Notes under the pieces: model-generated | Database searches by the model: none | Told to the model about the DNA's origin: nothing | The model's input: the letters and a program-made list of their open reading frames with translations, nothing else | Position numbers and translations under genes: made by a program | NCBI RefSeq assembly: GCF_964194155.1 | Contig: NC_135898.1 | Location: 23,188,001-23,252,000, forward strand | DNA: 64,000 nt | Direction: 5' to 3' | Origin: Cetorhinus maximus | Taxonomy: Eukaryota | Shown here: piece by piece, positions 25,311 to 39,859 of the stretch | Layout: each line of letters begins with the position of its first letter | Position numbering within the stretch: position 1 is the first letter of the stretch

Positions 25311-28300
25311 TCCATCCCAAGGTCAGTTCATCCATAGAAAGTTGGACTTACTGCACTTTCCGATGGAAAAGTACTGACAATAATACCACTTTTAGAATGG
25401 TGAAATTAATCAGAACTTTTTGTATAAATTACCAAATGAGGTAAAGTATGAGTTCTTTACCTTTTTCTGAGATCATGTTCCTGAAAAATATGGTATATTC
25501 AAGTGACTGTTTATACCAAACTACACATATGACAAGTTGAACTTTAAACAATGTCAAATTTGAAAGAAGAACCTTTATATTTTGTAATGGACTCTAAATG
25601 ATTATATCAGCCGACTTCATTTTATTTCTTTATCCTGAGAACATGAAAAGCAATGATTATTCATTTAAACAAAATTGATTAAAGATTGTATTCAAATTTG
25701 GAGGAAATGTTGAATAAAAGCTCTTAACTTCAAATATTTTACCTCAAATATTCTGCTTAATAACATCACAGAGACATTTGGAAAATAACGAACTGAAGAC
25801 TAAATAAAAGACTAAACTAAAGCTATATTTTTAAAATCTGGTATTGGCAGGCACTCCCTGTCACCTTTTTTTCCCATTTTAAATTCCTATTTCCGCAGTC
25901 ATAATGGAAACTGTCTGTGTAAGACTTATTAAGCTGTAATTTCAACTCTTACCCACACAATGGAAAAGTTGGCTACAGTGCTTCCAGTGGCAGGAAGTTG
26001 TAATTGTGACATGTTGACATAGTTTCCATTATAAATGTATGACAAGGAACTTGTCAGGACAATATAAAAATAAGGACAAAATATTTGTAGCTTAAAATAG
26101 GGACTGAACTGCTTTACATCCATGTACCTGTTCAATTATCCTTCAGCCCACAACACTGCTTCAACCCAAAATTTACTTTTGATCTTGATGTCCCATGCAC
26201 AACACTATTGAAGATTAGTGCCATGTAATGCTTGGGTATCAGTACAAGCCATATCCTAAAGAAAAACTGTTCTCATTAGCTGATAGTACAAGGACTCGGG
26301 GACACAGAGTAAAGATTTTGGGCAAGAGATGCAGGGGGGACATAAGGAAGAACTTTTTTTTATGCAGCGAGTGGTAATGACCTGAAAGTTGCTGACTACA
26401 AGGGTGGTGGAAGAGGAGACAAGAATGATTTCAAAAGGAAATTGGATGGGCACTTGAGGGAAATAAACTTGCAGGGGCTACGGGGATAGAGCGGGGGAAA
26501 TGGGACTGACTTAATTGCTTGCTTCATGCAACAGTTTAATCCTGTGAACTATGCCCCATAAACGTCTTGCATCTAAGGCAAATTTCTACCTGTCAACTGG
26601 CAACATGTAGGACATCTCTGTGTTGCAGTTGCACCTGGCAAGCTCAAATCTTTCATTGATAAAAGCTGCAGGACATCACAACAGGCAAGGAATGCACCAA
26701 TCAAAATCAGGCAAGGTAGCTAAAGTTCTAATGAAAAACTAAGGATGTAAGAAAACCAATCAACCAAAAGCAGTGAGGAAAGATAGTCAATAAAAGTAGA
26801 AAACAAATGGATTGTTCCAAATAGTTAATGAAAATCATTCCAGCCACACTCTTGAATTCCTGGCTGGATAGGAAACCTATTCCCAGAGATAAGATTTGTA
26901 ACATAATACAAGTATTAAAAATACCAGAGTTTACCAGTTATTGACATAGTTTACTCATGCCATTGGCCTGTGGTTCCCTATAAAACCTGGGGTTTGAGCT
27001 CATATTGCTTCCCAGTTTTAGCCAGTCAAATCAGGTAGCAAACTCTAAAGTACCAGTGCATTTACGCTTGTAATGGTGAGCTTGCCTCACTGGACTGTGT
27101 ACAATCTGTCAGATTATAACATCATTTTTCTTAAAAACAGGGTAAAGCATGAACAGTTGAGCTTTATTGGGGTTTATTTCTAAGCAAAGAGAAGATAAAT
27201 AGAGACAACAAGCAGATCAAGTGCAGAATGGAGAAAAAGAGATGCTGTGGGTGTCTGGAATTCGCTGCCCAAGTTGGTGGTAGAGGCAGAAACTCTAAAC
27301 TCTATTAAAAAGTACCTGGATCTGCACCTTGTGTGCTGTAAACTGCAGGGTTACGGGCCAGGTGCAGGAAGGTGGGATTAGAAAGGGCACCTGTGTGTCC
27401 TTGGGCTGGCATGGACAAGATGGGCTGAATGGCCTCCTTCTGTGCTGTAACTTTTCTATGGTTATATGTACAGAGTGAAAAGGAAGGGAGTGAAGAGTGA
27501 GAGATAGACAATGAAAGTGAGATTTATTAGCGTACCTTCTGTAAGCAAAACACCATCTTTCAGGAGCTAATCAAAAAACATCGCATCGTCTCCAAAGGGA
27601 CCACTTGCAAATACATTTCCAAATTGTTTCAAAGGAAATTCTAACTGTAAATCTGGCTCACCATGGAACCTGTGCATGTGTGCCTAAATGTGTTTGTTGA
27701 TCGCAAATATCACCCCTCAGTGTGCAAATGCACTATTTTGCGTGGCACAGAGCCATGTGAAACTAAAAGAAGCAGATTAGAACCCTGCACTGTACAGACC
27801 AAGCCAGTGGGGACACAGGGCTTCTATAATTGATCTCAGTATTTCAGAGTTAGAAGGGGAATGATCAGCTGGGTTGTGACCAGTGGATTCCTGCCTATGT
27901 GGACAGCGATGACAGCAGAATTAGGCTCTGTTAGGATGTCCGCTTGTTAAAACAGTTTGCAAATACTTGATGAATGTCCATTTGGATGAGGAAGTGGAGT
28001 TATAAACCCAAAACAGAGAGAACACTGGGGTGCGGAAATGTCACTGCTCCCATTTTCCAGGTAGGTCCTGACTGCCCTGCGTGAACACACAAAGATGATT
28101 TGAACCCAAGTCAAAAGGTGACACAAAAGGGATGGGCTCCATCCATCCCCAGGGACCATGTTCCCTCAGTCGCAATAGAAATTCATTGTGGCACAGCATC
28201 TCAACATGAGCCTTGCAGATACAGGTCAATGCACGAGCATTTTCATGCCTTTTCCACTCTAAAAGGAACACACAGTTTGGCTGTGTGGTTAACATACTGT

Positions 28301-29364
28301 TTCTGGGTCAGAAATGTGTTGGTTTGAACTCTAAACTGAGCTGAAGCACATAATCTAGGCCAACATTCCACTGCAGCACTAAGGGAGTGTTGCAGAGTCA
28401 GAGATGTTCTACTTTAAATACTATTTTGAAGAGCACTCTGCCTGTTCAAAGAGGTTTAGTGGTGTCCTTATTGGCACTCCTCCCTTAAGAGACACCACCA
28501 GACACATTAAAGCCTCAATGCAGTGATGCTGCTGATTTAGAATGGCTGATGCATGCATCTAAATAACTGCTCGCAAAGTAGTTAATTGTGTAAAAACACT
28601 CTGAGACATTTTGCCATAGTGAGGCACAATAAGAATAACAAAGATTATAAAAACGATTATATTGCCAGTTAAAACACAAGGTATCAGCATCAATAAAAGA
28701 TGTGTCTATCTGTGACTTTGTCCCTGGAGAATAGTACACAGCCTTGGAAGACTAAATGATGTAGTTGAGAAATAATGTAGTAAGGGAGGGTTTGTGGAGT
28801 GGGGTTGGAGAATATACAATGTCATCATTTGAACTTTGAGAGTCCTTAACTGAACTGGTCAGCAAAGTGTAATGGTGCTGCCTAGTGGAATAACAACAGT
28901 ATTACATGAACAAATATAAGAAATGTTATTTTAAATAATGATTGCCGGATTTTATTCCCCTTGGGAGATTAAACATATGGGATAGAGTGTGCGAATAGTT
29001 AGGGTAGAATAGGGTGGATTGTAGATGGTTTTTGGATGGAGCACAATTGTCCTCATTTTACACAACAAAGTTATTGTAATGCTGAAACTAAAGCACAAAG
29101 AACCTTGATTTGGCACAGTAAAGCATCAGATAAGGGTTTCCTCAGTCATACAGCATAGTATACATTAACACTCAATTACAGCCACCCAGACTAGGGAATA
29201 TTCAAATATTCGGCAAACTGTTGCCTCCATTACAACAATGACCACACTTCATAAGTACTTCATTGGCTGTAAAGCTCTTCAAGATGTCTGACAGTCATGA
29301 AAAGCGCTACAGAAATGCATGTCTTTCTTTGTATCCATCAACAAGAAAGTAATTTAAATTAATT

Positions 29365-29825
29365 TATATGACGTGGGCATCGCTGGCTAGGCCAGCAGTT
29401 ATTGCCTCTCCCAAATTGCCCTTGAGAAGGTGGTGGTGAGCTGCCTTCTTGAACCGCTACAGACCTTGTGGTGTAGGTACACCCACAGTGCTGTTAGGGA
29501 GGGAGTTCCAGGATTTTGACCCAGCGACAGTGAAGGAACGGCGATATAGTTCCAAGTCAGGATGGTGAGTGGCTTGAAGGGGAACTTCCAGGCGGTGGTG
29601 TTCCTATGTAACTGCTGCCCATGTCCTTCTAGATGGTAGCGGTCGTGGGTTTGGAAGGTGCTGTCTAAGGACCATTGGTGAGTTCCTGCAGTGTATCTTG
29701 TAGATGGTACACACTGCTGCTACTGTGCATCGGTGGTGGAGGGAGTGAATGTTTGGGATTGGGTGCCAATCAAGTAGGTTGCCTGGTCCTGGATGGTGTC
29801 AAGCTTCTTGAGTGTTATTGGAGCT
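29365..29825 (-). mobile_element. Second LINE family 3' fragment
   Basis: High similarity to 15890-16350 and 40050-40370. Confidence 0.78.
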
Positions 29826-30064
29826 CTCCAAAATACCCTTGAAACAGCATTTTATAAGCAGGAGTTTACTGCAGACTGCTTCTTTGATTACCAATTCCTC
29901 TTCCCAAAGACCAATGTATGATTCCATGGCATCATTTACCCAAGTAAATCCCGTCAGTGTCCCAACTGATCATTATTGATGTATCAGCTTTCATAGGAAA
30001 TATGGACAGATTATTCCACCATGCCATGCCTTGCCACAGCTGAAACCAATCCTGTCCTCACAGA

Positions 30065-31660
30065 ATCCTTACAATGCAGGAGGCTATTTGGCCCATCAAG
30101 TCTACATTGGCTCTCTGAAAGAGCATTCTACCTAATCCCATTCCCCTGCCTTATCCCCTAACCTTGCACATTCTCTCTTTTCAGATAGCAGTCTAATTGC
30201 CTTTGAGTACCTCGATCGAACCTGCCTCTACCACACTCTCAGGAAGTTCGTGCCAGATTCCAACCACCCTCTGGGTGAAAAAATTTTGCCTCACATCACT
30301 TTTACTTTTTTCGCAAACTATTTTGACCTGTGCCCTCTAGTTCTTGATACTCTCTTGAGTGGGAAAAAATTCTCACTATTTATCCTGTCCATAGCTCTCA
30401 GGATCTTGAGTACCTCTATCAAGTCTCCTATCAGCCTTCTTTTCTCCAAGGAAAACAGTCCAAACCTCTCCAATCTATCCTCATAGCAACAGTTCTTTAT
30501 CCCTGGAATCATTTTTGTGAATCTCCTCTGTACTCTCTCCAATGTCTTCACATCCTTCAAGTATAGCACCCAAAACTGGAATTAGTACTCCAGATGAGGC
30601 CTGACTAGTGTCTTATACAAGTTCAACATGACCTCCTTACTTAAGGAGACTAAATGCAGATTGCGTGACCGCTTTGCGGAACACCTTCACTCAGTCCGCA
30701 AGCATGATCCAGACCTTCCTGTCACTTGTCATTTCAACACCCCATCCTGCTCTCATGCCTGTAAGTCTGTCCTTGGCCTACTGCAATGCTCCAGTGAAGC
30801 CCAACACAAACTGGAGGAGCAGCACCTCATCTTCCGATTAGGCACTTTACAGCCTTCCGGAATTAACGTTGAGTTCAATAACTTCACACCATGAACTCTC
30901 CTTCATCTTTACCCCATTTTTTTTAATCCAATATTTTGTTTTTTTTTATTTTACTTTTTTTCATTCTTTATTAAATTTTTTAAATCCTTTTTCCTCAACC
31001 ACCACCACCGCTCCCACCCACCCACCCCAAACAGGGCCACCTGTCACTGGTTTCTATGTTGTGCTTTCACAGAGCACTGACCCTTGTTCTGCTATTAACA
31101 CATTCTGCTACCTTATCTTTATACCACTATCAGCAACTTCTTTAGTCTTTACCACTACCGTTAACACTCCCTTTGTCTTGTGACCATGACATCTTTGTCA
31201 ATCTCTCCTTGGCTCCCACTTGTCCCTGACCTTCTATCTTGCTCCACCCCCTCTTAAACAGTATAAAATCCATCACATTTCTACCTCTCTTTAGCTCTGA
31301 AGAAGTCATGCGGACTCGAAACGTTAACCGTATCTCCCTTCACAAGTGCTGCTAAGCCTGCTGAGTTTTTCCATCATTTTTTTTTATTATGACCTCCCTA
31401 CTCTTGTATTCAACGCCCCTATTAATAAAGCCTAAGATACTATGCTTTATTAACTGCTCTCTCAACATGCCCAGCCATCTTCAATAACTTATGTATATGT
31501 ACATTGAGGTCCCTCTGTTCCTGCACCTCCTTTAGAGCTTCTCCCTCTATTTTATACTGCTGTCTCTCCATATTCTTTTTGCCAAAATGAGTCACCTCAC
31601 ACTTCTCTACATTGACCTTCATTTGCCACCTGTCTGCCCAATCCACCAACATGTCTATGC
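30065..31660 (-). mobile_element. CR1 3' fragment interrupted by a PLE
   Basis: WADRWQMKVNVEKCEVTHFG; LERVQRRFTKMIPG...RRLIGDLIEV. Confidence 0.85.
30642..31388 (+). mobile_element. Penelope-like element family A, 5'-truncated, nested in a CR1
   Basis: ORF ETKCRLRDRFAEHL...KLEEQHLIFRLGTLQPSGINVEFNNF (GIY-YIG C-half); HHR-like motif near 31293-31330; TSD ATGACCTCCYTACT at 30628-30641 and 31389-31402. Confidence 0.82.
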
Positions 31661-34353
31661 CCTCACACAGTATCCTACAAGGAATACTTACTCAGCAGGA
31701 TCGCAGTTCTGAGAGAAAAGTCATTAAGCTGAAACGTTAGCCCAGTTTTTCTCTCTCCACAAATGCTGCCAGCTATGCTGAGTATTTCCATTTTCTGGTT
31801 TAGCTCTGGCTGATTTTTGGGTGTTGCCTACTCAAAGAACCTAGAGCAGCAGCATTCCGATGCCCCGAGATCCATTTCTACTGATCTAAAGACCAAAGCC
31901 TGGAACTCCCTGGGTTTTCATTAATTAATGAGCCATCAAAACACCATTCAGTGTCCCGAATTAGCGAGGATAGAAGTTAGCTTGAGTTGGTTATATTAGC
32001 ACACCTGAAACAGTTTTTTGGTTCTGGTCCAATTCCATTTCCTCAGCTCTTTCACAATTAGTGAATCGTCCTGATCCAGATTACCGTACTGACAGCCAGT
32101 ACAAGTGACAAACAGCCCCAAGTCTGTCCAGCTGCTGCAGGGAGGAATATTATCTTCTAGAATTGGAAACAGACCTTAAAAAAAAAATCAACTCAACAAT
32201 GCAGGTTAAACATGTCTTTATTTGCAGTTAAAAGTGTATAGGAATATCCTGTCCTGCATCATACAACAAAATCTCATCAGGTAAAGTGGAATTTCAACAG
32301 AAACATAGCTGTTTGACTTTTTTTTTTGTCTCCCTACTAATTTTCTCTTTGTAGCTGCTGGCTCCTTGTAGAGTACAGGTCCCAGTGCCAACATCTTCCG
32401 ATGCCTTGCCCAAGGTGGGTGGGCCATCCTTCCTAACCAAGTCTTGACGGTGTTAAAAGGACATTAGACATGGACATCACAACCAAAGCCTGTCCCATTC
32501 TTGTCTGAAATCCATGCTTGTGCACTATGCAGTAAAGCTGATTTCTCCCCTCTTTAGCCTGGAGATCCAAGGCGTCTGAGACAGCGCTATTGCTATCCCG
32601 ATCCAAAAAAAAAAGATCAGGTTAAGTAAAACTTGGGCTCTAAGTGTGCATGAGGAGGTCCTATTCACACAGGATGAACAACGCTTGGAATGGACTCCTG
32701 GATAAAGCAGTAGAGGTGAAGATCCTGTAATCAAACTAATGGATGGAGAAATGGGAGAACGTTGGGGTCATTCTAGGTGGATGAGTCAAAGATGACCAAA
32801 TGCTCTTCCTCAAGTCAAATTGCCTTGAGATCTGTTGAGCTCAACACTGGCCAGATCCTTCCTGGTCCATTTTCCTGTATTCAGATCCTAGCTATAGATA
32901 GTGTTTGATAGATAGCCACTAAAATTCATATTTAATGTCTTCACCCATCTTTCCTTTTGATCTTTTTCCACCTTCTTCCACTTGACCTACTTGAAACCTG
33001 TTACATTTCTAACTTTTCCCTGTTCTGATGAAAGGCCTTTGGGCCTGAAGCGTTAACTCTGTTTCTCTCTCCATGGATGTTGCCAGACGTGCTGCGTTTT
33101 CCTAGCATTTACAGTATTGGCAGTATTTTGCTTTTGTAGATCCTAGGACTATTCCCTCAGTACTTTCCAAATTACTGGAATCTGTTGAGGGAAATAGATC
33201 TAGCACTTCTCACTGTACACAACCCTAGTCTGCGGTGCTGCAGGGACCAGTGTTAGCTTCTAGGAACAAAACAAGTTAATTTCTTTCCCTACAAAATCCA
33301 AAGTCCAACACTCAGTTAAACAGCTCATTTCCAACAGAAAGTGTTTCATAATATAACAAAATTCCAGTGCAAGATACTGCTGGTTAAGTATACTTATTGC
33401 GAGTCACAGTAAAGTAGTACAGAGATTTACAATCAGGATAGATTTTTGCATAGAAAAAGTGATTTAAATTACTCTTGCAAGGTTAAAAACATTATAAAGC
33501 AAAACACCAAAGGCTAAGACGAGGATAGTTATAAGTTTAAAAATGCAATTTCTTTTGCGATTTTCCGGCTACAATATTATCAACAGGCTTCTGCAGCACT
33601 ATTACCCCATTATAAATGTTTGCCTTATTCACCTTCTTGTGAAGTGGCTTGGAATGGTTACCTATGTTAATGTAAATGTAAGTTGTTCGTATTATATCAG
33701 TCAACTGACCAACTGACAAACATGCACTATACACTCTCCCTTGGAAACATCTGCTTAAGCAAGAGCAGCAGCAGCAACATACCTCAGCAAAAATCAGTGG
33801 CTTCAGGAGAGGAAGGGGAAAACTATATCAAATAACTTTTGATAAAAAAATTGGACAATGGATTGATGGATATGATTTCAATACAAAAGACTTTCATCCC
33901 ACACAGCAAGAAGTCACAAAAACATGTTCAGGTGCTCTGTACATGTGAGTATTTCTTTTGGTGCAGCAAAGGGATTCTGTCACACAACGTATTTAATACT
34001 TGCCACGCTTTGTCCTACAAAAACATTGCTTACTATAACCTTTTGAATTAAATTTTAAAATGGAATTGAGTTTATAAAGAACAGGTAGTGGAAGATGAGA
34101 CGTCATTACTGGACCAGCCAAACTGCAGAACAAATGTTAAGAACAGTAGCAAGTGATTTTGCGTAAACGTGGGGAACAATGTGTTTGTGGGAAGCACACT
34201 GCACCGCATCCTTGTTCTGCTTTTGTTTCAAAGGGAAAACTACAAGTAGAGCACAGTCTGTTAAGACAATGAGAAGCTCAGGGAGCCTAATAGGAAGTCA
34301 GAAAAGTGCACAGTAATGCTTGTAACATTCCCAGTAGGGCCACTCGCTGGTGG

Positions 34354-34413
34354 TCACGTGTACATGGCACCGTGCAGATATTCCAGGCGCTGCTCCTTCT
34401 GTTTTCTTCTTTC
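34354..34413 (-). CDS. RNF181: RNF181 exon 5 (ERRKQKEQRLEYLHGAMYT*)
   Basis: ctccAG acceptor; LHGAMYT* is the RNF181 C-terminus. Total CDS 471 nt = 156 aa plus stop. Confidence 0.95.
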   Translation of the reverse strand, partial: ERRKQKEQRLEYLHGAMYT

Positions 34414-34544
34414 CTGGAGCAACAATAAAATAAAATTACATTTCCAAGCTTCAGCGTCTCACCAATCTACTTTAAAAAAAATTCTCTGCACCTAGATGTG
34501 GTTAACTAGTCTTAGACTGCCTAATAGATCCCTCGACCATCAAT

Positions 34545-35455
34545 GACCTTCCTCCCATCATAAGGTCAGAAGTGGGGATGTTCGTTGATGATTGCACAAT
34601 GTTCAGCACCATTCGCGACTCCTCAGATATGGAAGCAGTTTGTGGCAAATGCGGTGAGACCTGGACAACATTCATGCTTGGGTTGATAAGTGGCAAGTTA
34701 CACTCACGCCACACAATTGCCAGGCAATGACCATCTCCAACGAGAGAAATTCTAACCATCTCCCCATGACATTCAATGGCATTACGATCACTAATCCCTC
34801 ACTATCAGTGGTTACCACTGACCAGAAACTGAACTGGGTCAGTCATATAAATACAGTAGCTACAAAAGCAGGTCAGAGACAGGGTAAGCAGTGAGTAACT
34901 CACCTCTTGATCCCCCAAAGTCTGTCTACCATCTACAAGGCACAAGTCAGTAGTGTGACAGAATAATCTCCACTTGCCTGAAGGAGTACAGCTCCAACAA
35001 CACTCGAGAAACTTGACATCATCCAGGAAAAGCCTGCTTGATCAGCACCCTATCCACCACCTTAAACAATCATTTCCTCCACAACTGACGAACAGTGGCA
35101 GCAATGTGTACCATCTACAAGATGCACTGCAGCAACTCACCAAGGCTTCTTCAACAGCACCTTCCAAACCCACTCTACCACCCAAAAGGACAAGGGCAGC
35201 AGACACAGGGGAAGACTACCAACTACAAGTTCCCCTCCAAGCCACACACCATCCTGACTTGGAAGTATATCAACCGTTCCTTCACTGTCACTGGGTCAAA
35301 ATCCTGGAACTCCCTCCTTAACAGCACTGAGAGTGAACCTACACCACATGGACTGCAGCGGTTCAAGGCAGCTCACCACCACCTTCTCAAGGGCAACTAG
35401 GGAGGGGCAGTAAATGCTGACTTAGCCAGCGACACCCACATCCCATGAAGGAATA
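34545..35455 (+). mobile_element. Second CR1/L2-group LINE family RT end plus 3' region (RNF181 intron 4)
   Basis: INDLPPIIRSEVGMFVDDCTMF RT core; same tail as other copies. Confidence 0.8.
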
Positions 35456-37378
35456 TTTAAAAAAACAGCTTCCTTTGCAGCTGGTTGTCTTTTTCCTTCC
35501 TCTAGGCTGCAATGGCTGGTTAGTTTGGAATCTGACATCTTCTGATCAGTTGCTTTACATCCTCAATTTATGTAATAGTCTTTTACTCAGAATTGTTGTA
35601 TACTTGTCTTTTCCATTGTTAACTTTATTTTGTTCTAATTAAGTTCGCGCTCTACAGCCACAAAAAGGTCCACCTCAGAGGGGACTATGCACCAGTATAT
35701 GGGACCCTTAACTAGAAAAGGTATAGTCACAGTTATAATTCCTGATACTGCATGATAAAAAGACTAAGCAACTTCAGGGCAGACAAGCGCAGCTAGTCAT
35801 TTTTTAAACATACAAGTTGTTCAACAGCTGGAATAGTTTTCCCCAAGTGCAGTTGAGGCCAGGGCAATGAATTCATTTAACACACAGACAGATTCTGTAA
35901 TGAGAAGATGGCTGGTACTCTGGGAGGGCGAGTTCAAATGGGCCAAAGGGTCTTCCTTTATTGAAGCTTATCTTTAGAATATTTATATATTTTTTATCGG
36001 CTCACTGCAGAGAGAGAGAGGGTCTCTCCACAGCTCACAGATTCCCCACTGTTCTTGCTTCCAGTATGTATTCCTCAGATGCGAAGACAACAGTAAAACA
36101 AGCCAATGTTAAACAACCAGACAGGAATGGAAAAACCAGGTGACATGGTCCCGCCTACTGGCATCCACTCCTCCATCAAATGCCACATTCTGCTTCCCCC
36201 TGACAGATGAACAAAGAGGCATTAATCTGCAGTGTGCACCCAGGAACCATTCATTTAGCAAGACCCAGGCCAACATCCCTGCTTGGCGTGCTTAATAACA
36301 ACTTCTATGCTATCAATGCACATCGCTAATGAAATGTAGAAAGTTATGAAAGATCCTCAGTGTAGGCTTCTAGGATATGTCACAACTAAGAAAGTCAGTC
36401 ACCTTTATTCTAAGTAGCACAATTTACATAAATGTGTTGAGAAGTTACTTTCTCAGCGCAGTTTAAAATATTATTGGGATTTTATTACACAAAAGGATAC
36501 CATGAAATAAAACAAAACGTTAGTTTAATAATTATACAACCGTGTTAATCTCCTCATCAGCTGATGATTCAGGACAGAACACATCAAGTTCTTTGCTCAC
36601 TGGTGTAAGAAGTGAGACAGCGAGTTTTTTCTCTTCTTCCCATTTCCTACTTCTTTCCTAGTTCTCGCTGGATGAATGTCAGGCACCATCCAGTATCTCA
36701 CTCAAGAGGCCATTCTTCAAGTGCAGATAGTGAACGTCAGCAAGTTATTCAATTGCCTAAGCACTACTTCCAAGCCGAATCAAAGATAAGGAATCAAACA
36801 TGCCAACTCCCAACCCTAATGTATTCTCAGACAGCAGAAATCTCTGAATAACTGGAACGAGGACAAGGGTTCCTGTCCCATTTACATAGTGATTTCTGCC
36901 AGGACGGACATGTGCTTTTTTCGAACTGATGACTCAGCATTTAATCCATTCCCTCATCCAAAGGTGCGGTAAGGCACCCACACTGAGATGAGCTGACTCA
37001 CGATGCAAATCTGAGAATCTCAATGGCATAGCACATCATGCATTTATCCACTGAATCTTCACAGGGCTTCCATGCTTAGAACAAGGCAGTTCAGAATCCT
37101 TCCATTTGTCTCTCTGTAAATTACAATGCAATGAATAGGTCCGAAGGGATACACTGCCACCTTGTTTGTCTGTATGGATGTACAAACAGAGCAACTGGCT
37201 TTACATAATGGGAATTATCAGAAAAAGCTTTTTACCACAACAGGATTCCTCAGGCACAAGGACATTTTAGAATACCCTCACAATAGAGCAATAAAATGCA
37301 TATTAACTCTGAAAGGAGCAAACGTAGCACAGTCAAAACTCTGACATTGCTCTGAGAGTTAGGATAGAATTGTCTTAC

Positions 37379-37453
37379 CTTGTCTTGTTTGTATTCTTCA
37401 TACTCTTCATTATCCGTCGGTAATTCAAGTCTGCACAATGGACAGGAATTAGT
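37379..37453 (-). CDS. RNF181: RNF181 exon 4 ([25 protein letters not shown])
   Basis: cttAG acceptor and GTAAGA donor, 75 nt; completes the RING (CPLCR). Confidence 0.95.
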
Positions 37454-37759
37454 CTAAGAAAATAGAACAATATTAAATTGAGACTTGCTCCCTATTGAGC
37501 GATGCAGACAGTGAGCTGGTGTCGCCTAGATTGACAGAAAAGCCCTAAATACATGCCACATTCCCAATCTCACCTATACTGTTAGGGGAGGGACTGAGTG
37601 AATCCCAGGGCTCACCTCAAATAAGAGTAAGGGAATGGAAGGAAACAGAACAAGATAAAATGATGGGTATAGAAATAAAAAACAAATGCAAGAGATGCAC
37701 AACAGCATCTAAAAGTGAAAGATCGATTCACACTTTGATTCAGTGTCTGACTTGATTGA

Positions 37760-39125
37760 ATTTTGAGGTATCTCAAAAGGATTGCAAGGATTGATGAGAG
37801 TCATAGTTGATGTGGTCTACATTGCTTTTTTGAAAGGCTTTTGACAAGATCCCACATGGCAGACTGGTTAAAAAAAAAGCCCATGGGATCCAGGAGAATA
37901 TAGCATGCTGGATACAAGATCGGCTCAATGGTTGGGAATAAAGTGTAATGGTTGAAGGGTGTTTTTGTGACTGGAAGGCTGTTTCCAGTGGGGTTCTGTA
38001 GGGCTCAGTACTAAGTCCCCTGCTTTTTGTGTATACATTAATTATTTGGACATAAATGTAGGGGATGTGAAGAAGTTTGCAGACAACACAAAAATGACCA
38101 CGTGGTTGATAGTGAGGAGGATAGCTGTAGACTGCAGGAAGATATCAATGGACTGGTCAGATGGGCAGAAAGTGGCAAATGGAATTCAACCCAGAGAAGT
38201 GAGAGGTGATGCATTTGGGGAGATCAATCAAGGCAAAGGTTTACATGATAAATGGGAGGATACTGAGAGGTGTAGAGGAAGTGAGGGACCTTGGAATGAA
38301 TGTCCACAGATCCCGGAAGGTAGAAGAACAGGTCGGTAAGGTAGTTAAGAAAGTATATGGAATTCTTTATTAGCCAAGGCATAGAATATAAGAGTAGGGA
38401 GGTTATGCTGGAACTATACAAAATATTAGTTAGTCCACTATTGGAGTACTGTGTACAGTTCTGGTCACCTCATTATGGAAAAATGTAATTGCATTAGCGA
38501 GGGTACAGAGGAGATTTACGAGGATGTTGCCAGGACTGGAAAATTGAAGCTATGAGGAAAGATTGGATACACTGGGGTTGTTCTCCTTGGAACAGAGGAG
38601 GCTGGGGGGAGGTTTGATTAAGGTGTACAAGGTTGTGGGAGGGCTGGTTAGAGTGGATGGGAAGAACCTATTTCCTTTAGCAAAGAGATTAGTGACTAGG
38701 GGACATAGATTTAAAGTGATTGGTAGAAAGATTAGAGGGGAGATGAGGAAAGCTTTTTCACACAGAGGGTGGTAGGAGTCTGGAACTCACTTCCTGAAAG
38801 GGTAGTGGAGGCAGAAACCTTCAACTCATTTAAAAGGTGCCTGGATATGCCCCTGAAGTCCAAAACCTCCAGTACTATGGATCACGTGCTGGAAAATGAG
38901 GGGTTAGGCTGGGGACTCGTTTTTCAGTGGGCGCAGACATGGTGAGCCTTCTGTGCGATAATTTTTTTACATTTTCTAAATCTTCTACATATCTGAAAAG
39001 GAGGAATGTGCAGGGATGTGGGGAGAGGGCAGGGGAGTGGTAGTATGTGAATTGTTCCTTAGGAGAGCCAACACAGACACGATCGGCAGAATGGCCTTCT
39101 TCTGTGCTGTAATGATTCTATGGGA
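37760..39125 (+). mobile_element. CR1 RT plus 3' end (RNF181 intron 3)
   Basis: KAFDKIPH, KFADN, LGLFSLEQRRL. Confidence 0.85.
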
Positions 39126-39743
39126 CCTTTCATTAGTGTGTGGCCTGGTTCTGATGAACGGTCTCCACCTGAATCATTACTTTTAATTACAAAAGTGTGA
39201 ATTAAGATGATAATAAGATGTGGGTGGGTGCAGCCAAATTGGAAGTAGGAAATCTTCACATTCAGTAAGATATGGATTTGAAGCTCAATTTGGGATTCAA
39301 CAGAACACTGAACCGAGACACAACCTGCTTCAGCCAGGTGGGAGCCGGAGGTTTTAAGCAGGAGCCGAATGCGACGCTGTCGACTGAGAAAGCTTTGGCT
39401 CGCCCACAACTTGATGGTGGCCAAGCCAGGACAACAACGAAGTGGTCACTAAATCGAAAGGGGGGAGGGAAGAGAGCTCAAGGTGATCAGAACTCGTGTG
39501 CAAACTGACCCCATGTCTGCAGAGAAAAGGCGAGAGGCAACTGGTAAAGACGTGAAGGCAAAGGTTAGAACCTTATCACACTCTGAGGGTCACCACAAAG
39601 GGACAAGAGGGATTACTACTAGAGATTTGCTAATAAGAGTCAGTGCCCTCAGAAAGGAAAGTTCGAGGGATAGAAAAGTAAGAAAATTGTAAATTCAATG
39701 GAGAAGTCCCAGGTTGTAAGACAACATATTTGCGTTCACATAC

Positions 39744-39859
39744 CTTTCCCAACCAGGGCACAATACATCCAGAGTGAAAGAAATGTTCACATGGCATTTT
39801 CTTCACCTTCTCTTCTTCCTCAAATTCTAACAAGCACACTGGACACTTAAGGCCTCTGT
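39744..39859 (-). CDS. RNF181: RNF181 exon 3, RING-H2 N-half ([39 protein letters not shown])
   Basis: tttcAG acceptor and GTATGT donor, 116 nt; C-x2-C...C-x-H-x2-H-x2-C RING-H2 pattern. Confidence 0.95.
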
